DNA of 63,545 nucleotides, counting the filler, from Thraustochytrium aureum (lineage: Eukaryota): assembly GCA_012862495.1 (NCBI GenBank). It is 8 parts of 5 records of this genome, joined end to end, with 100 filler letters (N's around TTAATTAATTAA, not from the genome) between each part and the next. Parts side by side here need not be neighbours in the genome. Positions count along the whole stretch, not along the records: positions 1 to 28,023 come from BLSG01000219.1; positions 28,124 to 31,157 come from BLSG01000219.1; positions 31,258 to 36,512 come from BLSG01000219.1; 5 more parts are not named here. One strand, given 5' to 3'. Under the pieces are notes generated by a model. The model worked only from the letters and a program-made list of their open reading frames with translations, made no database searches and was not told the origin of the DNA. Position numbers and translations under genes: made by a program. Shown here piece by piece: positions 22,681 through 35,410 of this stretch. Every line of letters starts with the position of its first letter. The first letter of the stretch is position 1.

Positions 22681-23740
22681 TTCTCACAGGGCGCACATCG
22701 GCGCCTTGTGATCGGGCGCAACTGCAAGCAGCTTTTTCCTTTCTTCCACCGTGCTTGCACGTGTTCAGCCCCACGTCAACTCGTCCATCCGTGCGCGATC
22801 CTGCTGAGACCTGCACAGGCAGGCGCCTTTGAGCGCGTTTTCACATCAACGCGAACCGCGGTCGCACCGCCAACAAAGCCTGCCTCTGGCGGCCTGCGCA
22901 CCGAGCCCGCGTCGACCTCCGTCTTCCAAACNNNNNNNNNNNNNNNNNNNNNNNNNNNNNNNNNNNNNNNNNNNNNNNNNNNNNNNNNNNNNNNNNNNNN
23001 NNNNNNNNNNNNNNNNNNNNNNNNNNNNNNNNNNNNNNNNNNNNNNNNNNNNNNNNNNNNNNNNNNNNNNNNNNNNNNNNNNNNNNNNNNNNNNNNNNNN
23101 NNNNNNNNNNNNNNNNNNNNNNNNNNNNNNNNNNNNNNNNNNNNNNNNNNNNNNNNNNNNNNNCTTGCAAGAAACATCGAGACGGCGGCCTCAGGCTGGC
23201 GCAGGCGAGTCTGGTGCGGGAAGCTCGCAAGCTCGTTCAAGTCCGGAGCTCGGGCAACGCAAGTCTTGACGGAGTCCCGGTCCTGCTCGAGCGACACTTG
23301 GGTCCGTGACTTGAGGGGACGACGGGTGGAAAGCGACGTTGCGCGACAAGACCTGCTCACTCTACAGTTGCTCGCTCCTCGCTCGCTCCAGGCGTCCGTT
23401 GGCGCGCCGGCGGGGCGAGCGACGGCGCACTTGTCCGCGCCGATTGAGGGCCCAGGTGGCGCACGATGCTGGCCGGCGGGGACGAGGGTGCCGCGCGCAG
23501 GGATGCGCACCTGCAAAAACAGCGCGGCGGACGCGAAGCGAACGCGCCCGGGTCGTACGGCGCGCTGGGCGGCGCGGCTAGGGGATACGAGCGGTACGTA
23601 CATGCCGCGGGCGGCGGCAGCCAGGATGCGCCGGCGAGCGGCTGCGGGACGGAGCCCGGCGGGGAAAGCAAGTGCGCAGGCACGGCAGCTCGCGACGAGC
23701 GACTGCAGGCGCAACAGACGAAGGCGAGGCCTCGTTCGTG

Positions 23741-24399
23741 ATGGTCAACATGTCGCTTCGCTACAAGACGAACTGCTGCTGCGCGGTGTGCTGCGAGTGC
23801 TTGCAGCCGTTCCAAGCGGGCAGCAGCATTGTGCTATACGGAAAGGGTGTCGGCGAGTCGTGGCCGCGGACTTGCATGCTTGGCCCAGACTGGGGCTGCT
23901 CTGTGTTCACGCTGCTGCTTATCGTGGCCCCAAGCGCGATATGGCTTCGCGGGATCGCGTGGCCGATGGGTGTGAGCTGGGTGGTGCTGGGATGCTTGAG
24001 CCTGGCCCTCACCCTTACTTTTTATTGCCAGACCGCCTTCAGCGACCCGGGCATCCTGCCCAAGGCGGCAAGACTGGTAGAAACATTGGACGCGTCGGCG
24101 GTACCTTGCTCTAGGTGTAGGGTGTACCGGTCTGCGGGGACGACGCACTGCGCGGTGTGCGACGTCTGCGTGGTGGGGCTGGACCACCACTGCCCGTAAG
24201 TTGAAGGCGATGCGCCCGAGCGCCGCGCGAGCTTGCTCTTTTGCTGACTGGTTTCAACGCTTGACTGGCCAGATGGACTGGCAAGTGCATTGGGCATCGC
24301 ACAATTGGGTCGTTCAGGCTCTTTCTTGTCATGGTCTTTGTGCACGTCTTGATCGTGTTTGTTGCGATGTTTTTCTGGTCTACGCGGGTACATCAGTGA
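23741..24399 (+). CDS. DHHC palmitoyltransferase, with one intron (24196-24272)
   Basis: Motifs SDPGILP and CSRC...HCAVCDVCVVGLDHHCP. Splicing GTAAG...CAG restores P-WTGKCIG followed by a TM segment. The end may extend to 24443 if the T-run is miscalled. Confidence 0.9.
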
Positions 24400-24673
24400 G
24401 GATCCAGCTGGCCATCTACTGGCCAGCGCCATTCTTTTGGTGAGCTACACGCCGTAGACCACCACCTGTTGCCATGATTGCGACGTTTACTGCAGAAACG
24501 TAACAGACCAAAGACCGACCCGGACCGGCTGCCCTTGCTCTTTTTGTAAAATCGAAACTCAACAAAGATCAAGGTCAAGCCGCCACTTGCACCGCCGTTG
24601 ACCTTGAGCGAGCCTCCGCCGGGCTTTTGTGGGGGTCTGCTGTGAACGATGCAGAACAAGCCGCGGGGGCGCG

Positions 24674-25649
24674 TCACGACGTCGAAATGGCGTTGCGCCA
24701 CATGCGCTCCCTGCGGTCCATCTCCTCAAGCGTGTCGCGGTCCACGATCTCCGTGGCGCGGTTAATGCGGCGAGCCACAATCGCGACCGATCGAAGGGTC
24801 ACAGAGATGCGCTGCTGCAACCTAGAAACCCTGTCAGTCTGCTGCAGGGCGGTGTCCGCGACGAGGTGCGCATTGGCACATGGAATTGGCGCCTCGAGGC
24901 TGTGCGCCGGCCCTGGGGCGATAGAGTGCTTTAGCTCAGTGAATGCGTCCTCCGAGAACACCAAAAAGGCTGTTCGGCTCCAAAATGACCCGCGCGACGA
25001 CAGCGTCGGTCTGTGGCTGGTAAAACTCCATAACCGCGGGGCTTTGGAGGGACAAGATGGCTGCGCAAGGCTTGAAAGTTGGACCGTCCGCGTGCGCCGC
25101 GACTGCGGCCGATTGGGTCAGCTTGCGCTCGCTCAAACCGCACCGACCCAGCGCGAGAAACGGGCGCCACCTGGGGAACTTACTGCCTTCTCCCGGCTTG
25201 TAGCGGTTCACGAGGGCCTGGTCCGGCTTGAGTTCAACGACGCCCCTGCGGACGAGGAGCGCTGCGAGCGCGTCGAGGTGGCTCGGGAGCGGTTCGAGGA
25301 TGGTGCCGCTGAGGTGCGGCACGCCGCCGTGGTTTTGCAGCTGGCGGCCGTCGAGCTGCTGGAACGGCTCTAGCTGCACGAGACGCGCAAGTCGCTCGGC
25401 CTCCTGCGGGCTGACAAACCCGGGGAAGTAGTCAACACTTCGTGGCGCAGCTCCGACTCGCGCAGCAGCGAGCACTTCCGGCCCAAACGGCGCTGCGCCA
25501 GCCCAAGCCTGCTCGAGGGCGGCCAGGTCACGCTGCGCCATAGAGAGCTCTGCGTTGCCCGCAGGCCCGGCGGCAGCGGCAGCGGCGGCGGCGGCGCGCT
25601 CTCGCACAGCTTGGGTCCGCGCCTGCTCGAGCATGCCCGCAAAATCCAT
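24674..25649 (-). CDS. ALKBH6: AlkB-family 2OG-Fe(II) dioxygenase, ALKBH6-like (in-frame 81-nt intron 25103-25183; frameshift at ~24965)
   Basis: Motifs RQLQNHGGVPH, LVNRYKPGEG|IAAHADGP (HxD), LKHSI and RISVTLR. Confidence 0.8.
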
Positions 25650-25819
25650 CCTCCCCAGCTTGCAGCTTGGAAGCCAGCCTGCCTGCCTGCTGGCCCCAGA
25701 GACAGCCGACCCAGGGCAAAAGCCCGCCCACCGCCAACCCGCTTGCCGGCCCGCACGGCCACGTGGCTTCGTTCGGGCTGCGCGAATGGACGAAGGCGAG
25801 CAAGACCTGAACGAAAACG

Positions 25820-27165
25820 ATGAGCGGCGCGCAGGGCCGCGTGCACGCAGGCCACGCGGGGCGCATCTTCTGGTGCGCGCTGTGCCCAGGTGAGTATGCC
25901 ACGCACGCACGCACATACGCACGCATGTCCCCTGCCGCGGCCCCGGCCGGCTGGCACGCTGGCTGGCGCGCGTGCTGGCATCTGGCTGGGCATGATGGGG
26001 CTGATCCGGCGCGCTGACGCTCGCGCTGCTGCGCGATGGACGCAGAGGACGAGCAGGTCGTGGCCACCGCGTGCGAGGACGGCACGGTTGCTGTTTGGAA
26101 GGACGAGCGCGGGTCCAAGCCGCTGCGCTTCGTGGCGCATGACGAAGAGGTGCTGAGGTTGCTTTGGAACAACAGCGAGAACGACCTCGGCGCCGACAGG
26201 GTCCTTTTCTCGGCCGGGTCGGATGGCCATGTCAAGGCCTGGAGCGTTGAGCGGGACGGGAAGCGAGCGTCGCAGACGGCCGTGGTGGACTGCTGCAGCG
26301 GGGCCGACGAGGGCCAGATCTACGCGCTGTTGGCGTTGGAGAACGACGCTGCACTCGTAGCCGCGCACGACGACGCCGTCACTCTTCTGGACAAGGCGAG
26401 CATGCGTGAGCTGCTCACCTGGCGGTACCATGCGGTCGGCCAAGCTTCTGTTGGGGGTCCGCGCAACCCGGACAACAAGAGCTTTGTGTTCGACGCTGCA
26501 GCGCACGGCGACATCGTCTACACGGGCCCTCTCGGACGGCACCGTGCGGGCGCGCGACGCGCGATGCCCGCTGCGCGACTCTGCAATAGTGCACGCGCAC
26601 GGCGAGTACGTGACTTGCTGCGCCGTGAGCGAGGCCGGCTTGCACGTGGCAACGGGGAGCGGCGCCGGGGCCGTCTGCTTGTGGGACGTGCGGACTTGGA
26701 GGTCCTGCTCTGCGTACGCTGCGCCACCGCAGTTGCCTGGGCCCCTCTTCGGCGTTGGGTTCTGGCCCGGCGCGGACCCTGCGCTCCTCTACGCGTGGGG
26801 CAGCGCCGGCAAGGTTCACTTTATGCGGGAGGGCCACCGCGCCGCAATCGACGCCGACTTTCGAGGCCAGGCGGCGGCGGCGGCCCACTACCCCGTGTAC
26901 TGCGTCCGCGCGACCAGAGACGGGGGCCAGAATGGCCGTCTGTGGAGGCAATGCGCCCGAGCTGAAGAAGCCCATCGGTGGGCTGCGCCCCACGCCCTCT
27001 GCCGCCGAGGGTTGCGTCCGAGTTGGGGGCCCAAAGCAGCCGCGCCTGAACCCGTGGTTTTCACTCGACATCGCACCGGGCGCAGTCGACGCCCTGCTCG
27101 TTGGTGCGTCATCCGCAGGCTGCGAGTCCCTGCAGGCGTCGGGACGCGGGACGCAAACGGCGTAA
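25820..27165 (+). CDS. WD40-repeat protein (intron 25890-26045; apparent frameshifts)
   Basis: Repeats GHAGRIFW, ATACEDGTVAVW, SAGSDGHVKAW, AHGEYVTC and ATGSGAGAVCLWD; intron GTGAGT...CAG. Confidence 0.8.
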
Positions 27166-28067
27166 AAACGGTCGTTGCGAGGTGCGTGGAGACATACGTC
27201 GCACGACCACGCACCGCGGCGCCGGGAGCGGACAGCAGGCAGGACCTACCACGAATCAATCAATCTTGATCAAAGCCAGAATCAGGACTCGCCTGATTCA
27301 TCCATCACGAATCACCGCCAAATCATCATCATCATCACGTCGTTCCGCCCACGCGCCCGCGTTGGGCCTCGTTCCGCTCCTCGCCGGGCCAGCGCAAAAA
27401 CCACCCCCACCCAAACCAAACCACTCGCGGCGTCGAGCTCCCGGACGAATGAATGGCTGAGCTATCAATCGCCCGCGGGCCGGTCGCTCCAGTCCAACCT
27501 CTTGCTCTTGCTCCAGGCGCCGCGCTCTGGCCTGCCGGACACGCGCATTCGGTCCTGTCAGTGGCCGTTGCGCTCCTCACTCAACTGCGCGCGATTCAGC
27601 AGCGGCCACCGGGGAAACCCTCACTCACCCACCCCCTCTCGGCGCGCCGCGTGGGCCATCTGGCGTCTGCCAGAGTGGTTTGCTGGGCGCCCGAGCGTGT
27701 GCATTGCATGATCACGATGACCACGATGACCACGATGACCGGCACTTCCACATCAAGCGAGCAAGTGCAACCAGAGGCAGTGCGTGCCGCCCTCCCTTTT
27801 CCCCGAGAGTGCCCTTCCCTCCTCGCTCCGTCCCACGCCTCACAACGCCTCACGCGCGCCCAGGAGGCGCTGCCTCGCGCGGGTTCCCTTAGCTCCGCTT
27901 TGGGGAGCAAAGGGGACCCGCTTGCGGCCGAGGGGGACCCGCGCGACGCAACGCAAGCTGTCGACCGAGCAGGTGGACGAGCAGGCGCAGCTCCAGGCAG
28001 ACTCCCTTCGAGGCCTGACTCGGNNNNNNNNNNNNNNNNNNNNNNNNNNNNNNNNNNNNNNNNNNNN

Positions 28068-28079
28068 TTAATTAATTAA
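28068..28079. other. Artificial scaffold-joining linker TTAATTAATTAA; also at 31202, 36557, 43314, 46187, 57990 and 62328
   Basis: Identical 12-mer with stop codons in all frames, flanked by equal-sized N runs, seven times. Confidence 0.95.
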
Positions 28080-29063
28080 NNNNNNNNNNNNNNNNNNNNN
28101 NNNNNNNNNNNNNNNNNNNNNNNGCGAGCTCGTCGACTTTCGCTTCTACGTCACCGAGGCGGAGTTTCAGGCGCATTGTATGGAACAATTGCGCTGCGCG
28201 GTGCGGACCGTGCGCCACCTCAAGGAGCTGCGGGCCAAGGCCGCAGCGGCTGGCTTGCCGCACAAGCCTGCCGTGTGGGCCTGAGCCTTTGCGGCGTGGG
28301 ACCGACGTTTTGCCGCGACTGTACCATCCAACTACCTGAACCTGACACAGACATGAACCAAAGCTACTCTAACAAGAAAAAGAATGACCGACACTCTGCC
28401 ATCGCGCTTACGCCCTTCTCGCGTGCTTTCGAACCCGGGCGCGAGCCAAGCCATCACCGAGACGGAACTGCCAAGGCGCCGCTCGCCCGCAAATCAAGAT
28501 ACCGGGTTGCGTACTCGGGCGAATGCGCAGGTACACGCGGCTCTCGGTACACTGTGGGGGCTTTGCGCCCTGCCTTTTTCTGTTCTGCGCGACGTTGTGG
28601 TGTGACGGGGCGAGAGTATCTGAGCCGAGCGGCCTGGCGGGTCGAAAAGCTGAAGCTTCGCGTTCAAGTTGACCTGGCGCTGGCATATGGTGCACACCGG
28701 CGGCCGTGCTTGGCCAGCGCGATCGACGAAATTGCGGTGTCAGAAACCGCTGGAGTGCCTACTCTGCTGGGAGGCATCTGGCTGCCTGAGGCCCGCCCGT
28801 GCCGACCCGCACATGCAAGGGACACGGGAGTTCAGGATTATCCTTTCATAGGTCGAACTGCTGCAGGGTTGCACCTACAGTACTCTCTCCTGGGGCAGCA
28901 CGGATTGGGTCCGTTCGCGGCTGTTGATGGCCCAAACAAGGGGACAACGATTGACAGCTTTGCGGCGCCGGCACGATTCATCTTGCCGGCATATCGCGAC
29001 TTTCGTTTGCATCATCCTACGCAAGTAGCTAGCTAGTGCTCGCGGCCTATGGCGGCGCGCTCT

Positions 29064-29686
29064 TCAACCAGCAAAATCCGCGACATTAACCTGCCTCTCT
29101 TCCACATACTCAAAGTCGATATCTGGGTGGATAGGAAGGGACGCGTAGATCATCTGCGTGCAGAGCAGAAACGGAAGTGTACCGATGACTCCACCAAGTA
29201 TCACGTAAATGGCGATGTGCTCAGAAAGGCCGCTGATGACATTCCAAAGGTAGTACCCAGCCGCAACCCCGATGGCAACCCCGATGGCTGTGGGCAAGTA
29301 CAGCAGGTAAAGCTTGATGCTCGTGTCGACTTCGTACATCAGGTTGTTGCTCATCCTGAACCACTTGCCCTCCGCCTCTGGCAGCGCAGAAAGTTGCGCC
29401 TTGACAACAATCACGTCGCTTTCCCGAATCAAGCCAGGATCGGTGATGCTTGCCCCGGTCGAAGCGAACCAGTACTCCTTCAGGTTTTCAGGGATGTCTT
29501 CGTAGCCGACCGCGCTGTCCAGGATGGCAGCGACCGCCTCCCACGAGCCACCGGCAGGAATCAGGACAGCGTGCGTTGGCGCTTGTTGCGACTCGTCTGA
29601 CACGTACTTGGTAACAAACCGCGAATCATCGCGCTGCTCCCCGGNATCTCCACGGCGACCGCCACGTCTTTGGAAGGCTCCGACAT
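29064..29686 (-). CDS. Hypothetical membrane protein: possible KHA/ubiquitin-like domain plus 2 TM helices
   Basis: ATG 29686 (MSEPSKDVAVAVE; frame break at the n). WFASTGASITDPGLIRESDVIVV, then two hydrophobic helices. Confidence 0.55.
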
Positions 29687-30642
29687 GGTCTGCACTCAGC
29701 GGCACACCGCAAAGGGCTGCTTGCTACTCTAGCTCTCGCTTGAACGCAGCTCGTGCAAGGCGCGGTCCGCTCGCCTCGTCGTGCGATCTGCGCAGCCCTC
29801 GCTCGTCTTCCGTCTTTTGTGCATTCGCGTTGGCGGTATGCTGGACCTGCGAGCCCGACTCCCACGCCGTGCCAGCCTCCTCGCAGCAAGTACTGGTAGT
29901 ACGCACTTGAGTTTGAGTTCGTAGGTGAGGTACTACTACCCTGCGCATTGCAAACATTCTGCACACTGGCAGGCGCATGGCGAGAAGGCGTTCGCGCGCG
30001 CCAGCGACTGGCGAGTTGTGTGAAAACCTCCGCACCCTGCCGGGCGAAAGCGCAGATTGTCGGGAAACGCGCGAGAATGCCAGAATACTCCTCGCAACTA
30101 CACATGGATGGCGCTGCATCCAGTTCAGGCATGGAGGAGTCCAGCTCGAGGGCCGCGAAGCGCGACGCAAAGCTTCCACTCTTTGATTGAACACAACTTG
30201 ACTTTGACTTTGATTTTGAGAAATCAATCAAGAACAAGTGACCAGAGCCAACAACAACAAGTGCATTTTATAATTCATTTTAATCGATTTGGGTAAAGGA
30301 TAATCGATTGATCTCCGCAGTGTGAACAGCTTGCACGCCAGCGCACGGCAGAGCGCAGCAGCGCAAGACGGAGAGCAGCTGCGGCAGGCAGACCGGAGCA
30401 GCGGCGGAGGCTGTGTTCAGCCCGAACGGTTGGCGGCGGTGGCGGCGGCGGCGGCGCCCTGGAGGGCTTGCTGCGCAGGTCGTTTTTTTTTCTTTTTCTG
30501 CGATTCTCGCACTTTTCTTGACCCTCGTTGGCCGCGCAACATTGTCGCGAGCTGCTGGCTGCTGTTCGTGCTGCTGACGCGGGACGCGCTGCTTGTCTGA
30601 GGACGGCGAGCTCGCTCGCGGCCTGGGGCCGGCGGTGCGGGG

Positions 30643-31157
30643 ATGGCGACAAGGGGCGCGACGCGGATCGGGCAGACCAAACCGACGAGGGTGAAAACGG
30701 CCTCGCGCAAGTCGACCCGCCACAGCAACAGTGCTGGCAGCGACGAGCTTGGGTTCGCAGAGATGCGAGCGGCTCACGTGGGGAGCGACGTTGACGAGGT
30801 GAATCTAGACGTGTCTGGCATCGTGTACGAGTCGGACGGCCAAGACTCGCTGCGGGCGTTTTCCAGCGCCCGCGCCAAGTCGCGCGCCAGCCCAAAGCGG
30901 CCGTACCCCCAAGCGGCGTCGAGTACGTTTCAGAGTCGGAAGCATCAGACTGCACCAGCGCGCTGGATGACTCCTCGGACACTTTCGAGTGGGCAGCGGC
31001 CTCTGCACGCAAGTCGCGTAGACAAGCCCAGCGCCAGCGCGAGACGCGGGCGGGCTCCGCCTCGCCTGCCCCGAGCGACTTGGTAAGCGACCTCGTTAGC
31101 GGCGTTGAGCTCGAGTTTGGCGGCTCTGACGAGGAGCCCTCTCCCAGGGAGTACGAC
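30643..31157 (+). CDS. Hypothetical acidic low-complexity protein fragment
   Basis: Coding-like D/E-rich sequence (DVDEVNLDVSGIVYESDG) running to the linker; frame uncertain. Confidence 0.3.
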
Positions 31158-31257
31158 NNNNNNNNNNNNNNNNNNNNNNNNNNNNNNNNNNNNNNNNNNN
31201 NTTAATTAATTAANNNNNNNNNNNNNNNNNNNNNNNNNNNNNNNNNNNNNNNNNNNN

Positions 31258-33350
31258 CGACGACGAAGAGGACGAAATCATGCGCCAAGTTCGCAAGGTG
31301 GTTGCCGCGACCGGCGACGAGGAAGGCGAGGAGTCCGACTACGAGTACGCCGACGACGAGCTAGGCGGTGGCGCGCTCATCTACGAGCTGAGCTGTCGCC
31401 TCAACTCGTCCAAGACGCACAACATGATCCAGTCGGTTCGCGAGAAGGTCGAGCTCGAGCAAAAGCAGTTGCTGGAAAAGGAGGCTGCCGCTGCTCGCGA
31501 GCGCCAGTCAGTCGCCGAGGAGAAGAAACTGCGGCAGGAGGCGCTGGCCTAGACAGGGCTCGATACGCGGACTTGGCGGGTCAGTCGATGCCGTCGGTGC
31601 CTCAGTAGGCGCCGCCGCTGAACCGTCGTTGAGTGCAAGGGTAGCTGCCGGAGCAAACGCGACGCCTATGCCTTCGAAAACGTCTCCCCCAAGATCAAAG
31701 TCAAACGGAGCGCCGAGCCACGAGTCGACGCCGCGGTCGTCCAAGTCCCGCCGCCCGCCGCCCCCAAACGAAAAGCCGCGGCGCGAGTCACCTCCTCCTG
31801 TCCACGAGGGCGAAACGAAGGCGGCCAAATCGTCGCCGTCCCCGACCAAACACAAGTCGTCGCGGCAAAAGAGCGACAGGGCGCGGTCGCCGCGGGCCGC
31901 AGCAGCCTCACCAGACCTGGGTGTAGAGGAAGACAAAGCCCGTGCTGAGCAGGACGCGGAGGCGCTTGCTGAGAGGCTCCGAAAAGAAAAGAAGGCCAAG
32001 AAGAAGGCCAAGCGAGACAAGGAAGCGGCCGCAGCGGCCGCAGTCGCCGCCGCCGCCGCCGTCACTGTCGCCGCCGCTGCTTCAGAGTCGCCCACAAAGC
32101 GCTCCGGTGGAAACAAGGCGGCCGAGGGGGAGCGGGACCGTCGGAGGCGCGAACGAGCAGCTGGCGAGCGCACGACCTCGCCTGACGATGCGTCGCCCGC
32201 CAGCTCGCGCTCGCCGCCTTGTTCGCCCCCGAAGGCCTCGAAAGGGCTCCGAAAGAGCTCGCGTCCTGCCGCGCCCGTCCTCGCCAAGTCAGCACTCCAG
32301 TCGTTTCTTGACGAAGCGGAGAGGGATCAAGGCAAAGCGGACGATCCCGATGTGCACCAAGACGAAGCGGACGATCCGGACTCGAAAGACGATAAAGCGG
32401 ACGGAGAGGATACCGACCAAGAAGCCGACGGTGAGGAGGCCAAGGATTCCGCTGCCGAGTCGAGCCGGACGGGGCGGGCCAGCTCTCCGCTGGCTGCGCA
32501 GCGCAGCGCCAAAGCTGCAACCCCCAAGCGCCTCGCCCTCTCGGACTACAAAAAGTCGGCCGCGTGGCACCGGCTAAGCGAGGGAGGGCGCGTCTACGTG
32601 AAAAGCGCAAAGTGGGTGACCGACGCGGACGGCGTCGAGGCTTGGGACGAAGGCAGCTTGTACTGCGTTGCGAACGAGCAGTGGGAGCCCGCGTTCCCGC
32701 CGGAACCTGTCGTTCGGCCAGACTACACAGAGGAGGGATACGACAACATTTGGCTCGCGGCAAAGCGCGGGGACCTGGCCATGGTGGAGACATACCTGGA
32801 CAGTGGGCAGCCCCTCGACAAGGTGGACAAGCGCGACTTGAGCGACGAGGACGGCTCCTGGCTCGGCAAGCTCTTTCTGTGCGCGTCGCGTTCGACCTCG
32901 GGATTCACTCCGCTCTACTGGGCCTGCGTCATGGGCAAGCAGGACGTGGCCAAGTTTTTGCTCGCGAAGGGCGCAAAGGACACGGACAGCGTCTGCTGCG
33001 ATAACGCCAAAGATGCCGCGATCATCGATTTGCTGCGCGAGCATGGCTTTACAAGCTCTGACACCATCGATCCTGATACAATCACTGAGGAGGAGCGCGA
33101 AAAGCTGGAGCGCCGCCGTCAGCGCCGAGCCGAGGCGAGCCGTACGCACGAAAGCCAGCCGGACCGCGCCGGCGAGGACGACGATGACGACGACGGCACG
33201 CCGTCAAACTCAGCGCACACCATGCGCCGCAAAGGGTCCCGCGCGGGTTTGTCCAAGGTGAGCAAGGGCCTAGCCTCCGCCGCCGGCCGCGTCAAGGAGG
33301 CCGCCAAGAAGGCCCGCAGCAAGGTGATCAAGCGCAAGCCCACGGCTTGA
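31258..33350 (+). CDS. Ankyrin-repeat protein with long disordered/charged regions (5' part uncertain)
   Basis: IWLAAKRGDLAMVETYLDSG and TPLYWACVMGKQDVAKFLLAKGA in ORF 31629-33350. The upstream coiled ORF 31280-31552 is probably the same gene. Confidence 0.7.
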
Positions 33351-33689
33351 CCGCGCGCCACGGCACGTGAAGCACCATAGCTCCGCAGGACACCAACCAC
33401 GTAAAAACCCAACCCACCACCGCCTCCCACCGCCTCGGCCGCCTCGCGAACATGGCCAGCACCGCCAGAAACGCGGCCCGAACCTCGTTGCGTCCGAGCG
33501 TCAACCGGACCAGACTCCAACGGTACTCGCATAGCGCATGAACGGCGAAGCCGGCGAGACCTGCCGGAGCCAGCCAGCCAGCCAGCCAGCTCCTCCGAGC
33601 GAGTCCAGCATGGACCATCATGGCCTGGACGAACATGGCCTGTCTCAATTGAAAATGCTTCAGAAAAGCATCCTTGGCAGATTTGCAAC

Positions 33690-33741
33690 GTGACCACGAA
33701 GCTCAGCTTGTCGACCGCCATCCGTCCACGCAGACGCAGAC

Positions 33742-33779
<38 letters not shown>

Positions 33780-35410
33780 CGCGTAGTTGGGGTCGCGGGC
33801 GGAGCGTGGCGTGGTTGCGGTTCGCGTTGTGGTACTCGTTTTTGGTTAGGATTGTTGGTTGGGTGGGGGTTGGGGAAGAATGGGGTCGCGCGCGGCTCGC
33901 TGGGGCTCTTCCTCCTGCTGGCGATCTACATCACCAACCAGTGGTCAAGGTACTCGGTGGTGTACTTGGGCGGCGTGGCGATCAGCGAGTGCCCCGGCAA
34001 GGCAGCCGGCGACCCGTGCTTTTTCGAAAAGGGCAGCGAGGAGCTCCCCAAGTGCGAGTCTTACGAGTGCGCGAGCGAGCAGTGCAAGGTGTGCCAAAAG
34101 TGCTACGCGGAGCATGACGCGGCGTGGCGCAACCTCAAGTACGGGACTTGCCTGACGAGCTCGCAGTACGGCGTCCTCGTTAGCTACGGGTACATGGCGG
34201 TGTTTTGCGTGACGGGCCTCTTCGCGGGCCGCCTCGCAGACCTGTACAGCCGGCGAAACTTGGTGGTCGGAGCCGCGGTGGTATGGTCCGCCTTCACCGT
34301 GCTTCAGGGCGCCTCGTCCAGCTTTGGCGCGCTTTTGGTCTCGCGCCTGGGCATGGGGCTTGCGCACGCCTTTTCCGGCCCTGCGAGCCTGAGCATGATC
34401 GCCGACCTCTACGCGCCGGAAGAGCGCGCCGGCGCGAACGGGGTCTACACGTTTGGTATTTACGTCGGAGGCGGCCTGAGCTCCCTCAGCTTGGTGGCAG
34501 CCAACCTGATCGGGTGGCGCGCCACATCCGTGTTCATCGCGGCTTGCGGGATCGTCGCGGCGGCTGTGCTCGCGTTTGCGGTGGCCGAGCCAGAGTCTGA
34601 CGCGTTTCGGGGCGAACAGGGCTCTTCTCGCGTCGAGCAAGCCGACCACGCCGCAAGCACGGCGGAGAGCGACGTGGTTGGCGGGAGAACTCGGCGGCGT
34701 CGGACGCCCTCCTTCAACGCGGTCCAGACGGCGCTGAGGCGCCCGCGGTCCGCGCGAAGAAGCCCGTCCTGGAGCTGGGGCGCGTGCTGAGCATCATCTC
34801 GCAAGACAAGGTCGTTCTTTTGCTCTTTGTTGCTGCGCCGCTGCGGTTCCTCGGCGGGTTTGCGATCGGGACGTTTCTGCCCCAGTACTTTTCGCGGCGG
34901 TTTCCGGACGACAATACGGCGTACAGCACGCTCAACGCTCTCATTGTCAGCTTGGGCGGCGCAACGTCCGCGTACCTCGGGGGACGGATCACAGACAAGT
35001 GGAAGCGGTCCAACGTTCGCGCCCCTGCGCTTGTGCCTGCGCTGGCGTCGCTGCTCGCGACGGTGCCGTTTCTGGGGGTGCTCTACTTTGACAACTTTTA
35101 CGCCGCGATTGCATGTCTGCTGTTTGAGTACCTGGTGGCCGAGTCCTGGTTCGGGCCAGCGATCTCGATCATGCAGGAGCGCGTGCCCGCCGCGGCCCGC
35201 GGCGTCACTGTCAGCATCTACCTGTTCATCTCTGGCCTGGTGGGGAGCCTAGCGCCTGCCCTGCTGGGCTCGCTGGACGACGGTGCGAGCTGGGAGGGGC
35301 TGCGGCGCAACCTCCTGATCTTTGTGGGGATCTCGTACCTGGGCACGTTTGTTGTTTTTTGCTTTGTGGCGCTGGCCCTGAGCAAGCCGTACACGATCCT
35401 CCAGAGCTAA
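33690..35410 (+). CDS. MFS transporter, spinster-like (frameshift at ~34750-34790; start uncertain)
   Basis: GRLADLYSRRNL (motif A), SMIADLYAPEERAGANG, GWR, GGRITDKW; about 12 TM segments. Confidence 0.85.
33743..33778. repeat. (CAG)n microsatellite
   Basis: About 11 CAG units. Similar (GCA)/(GCT) tracts occur at ~53218, ~53639 and ~59940. Confidence 0.85.

Noticed and set aside
22776..23714. Minus-strand ORF with RVRF..ALFLQ (PP1-docking-like motif)
   Set aside because: No supporting domain, interrupted by a gap, and the exon structure cannot be resolved.
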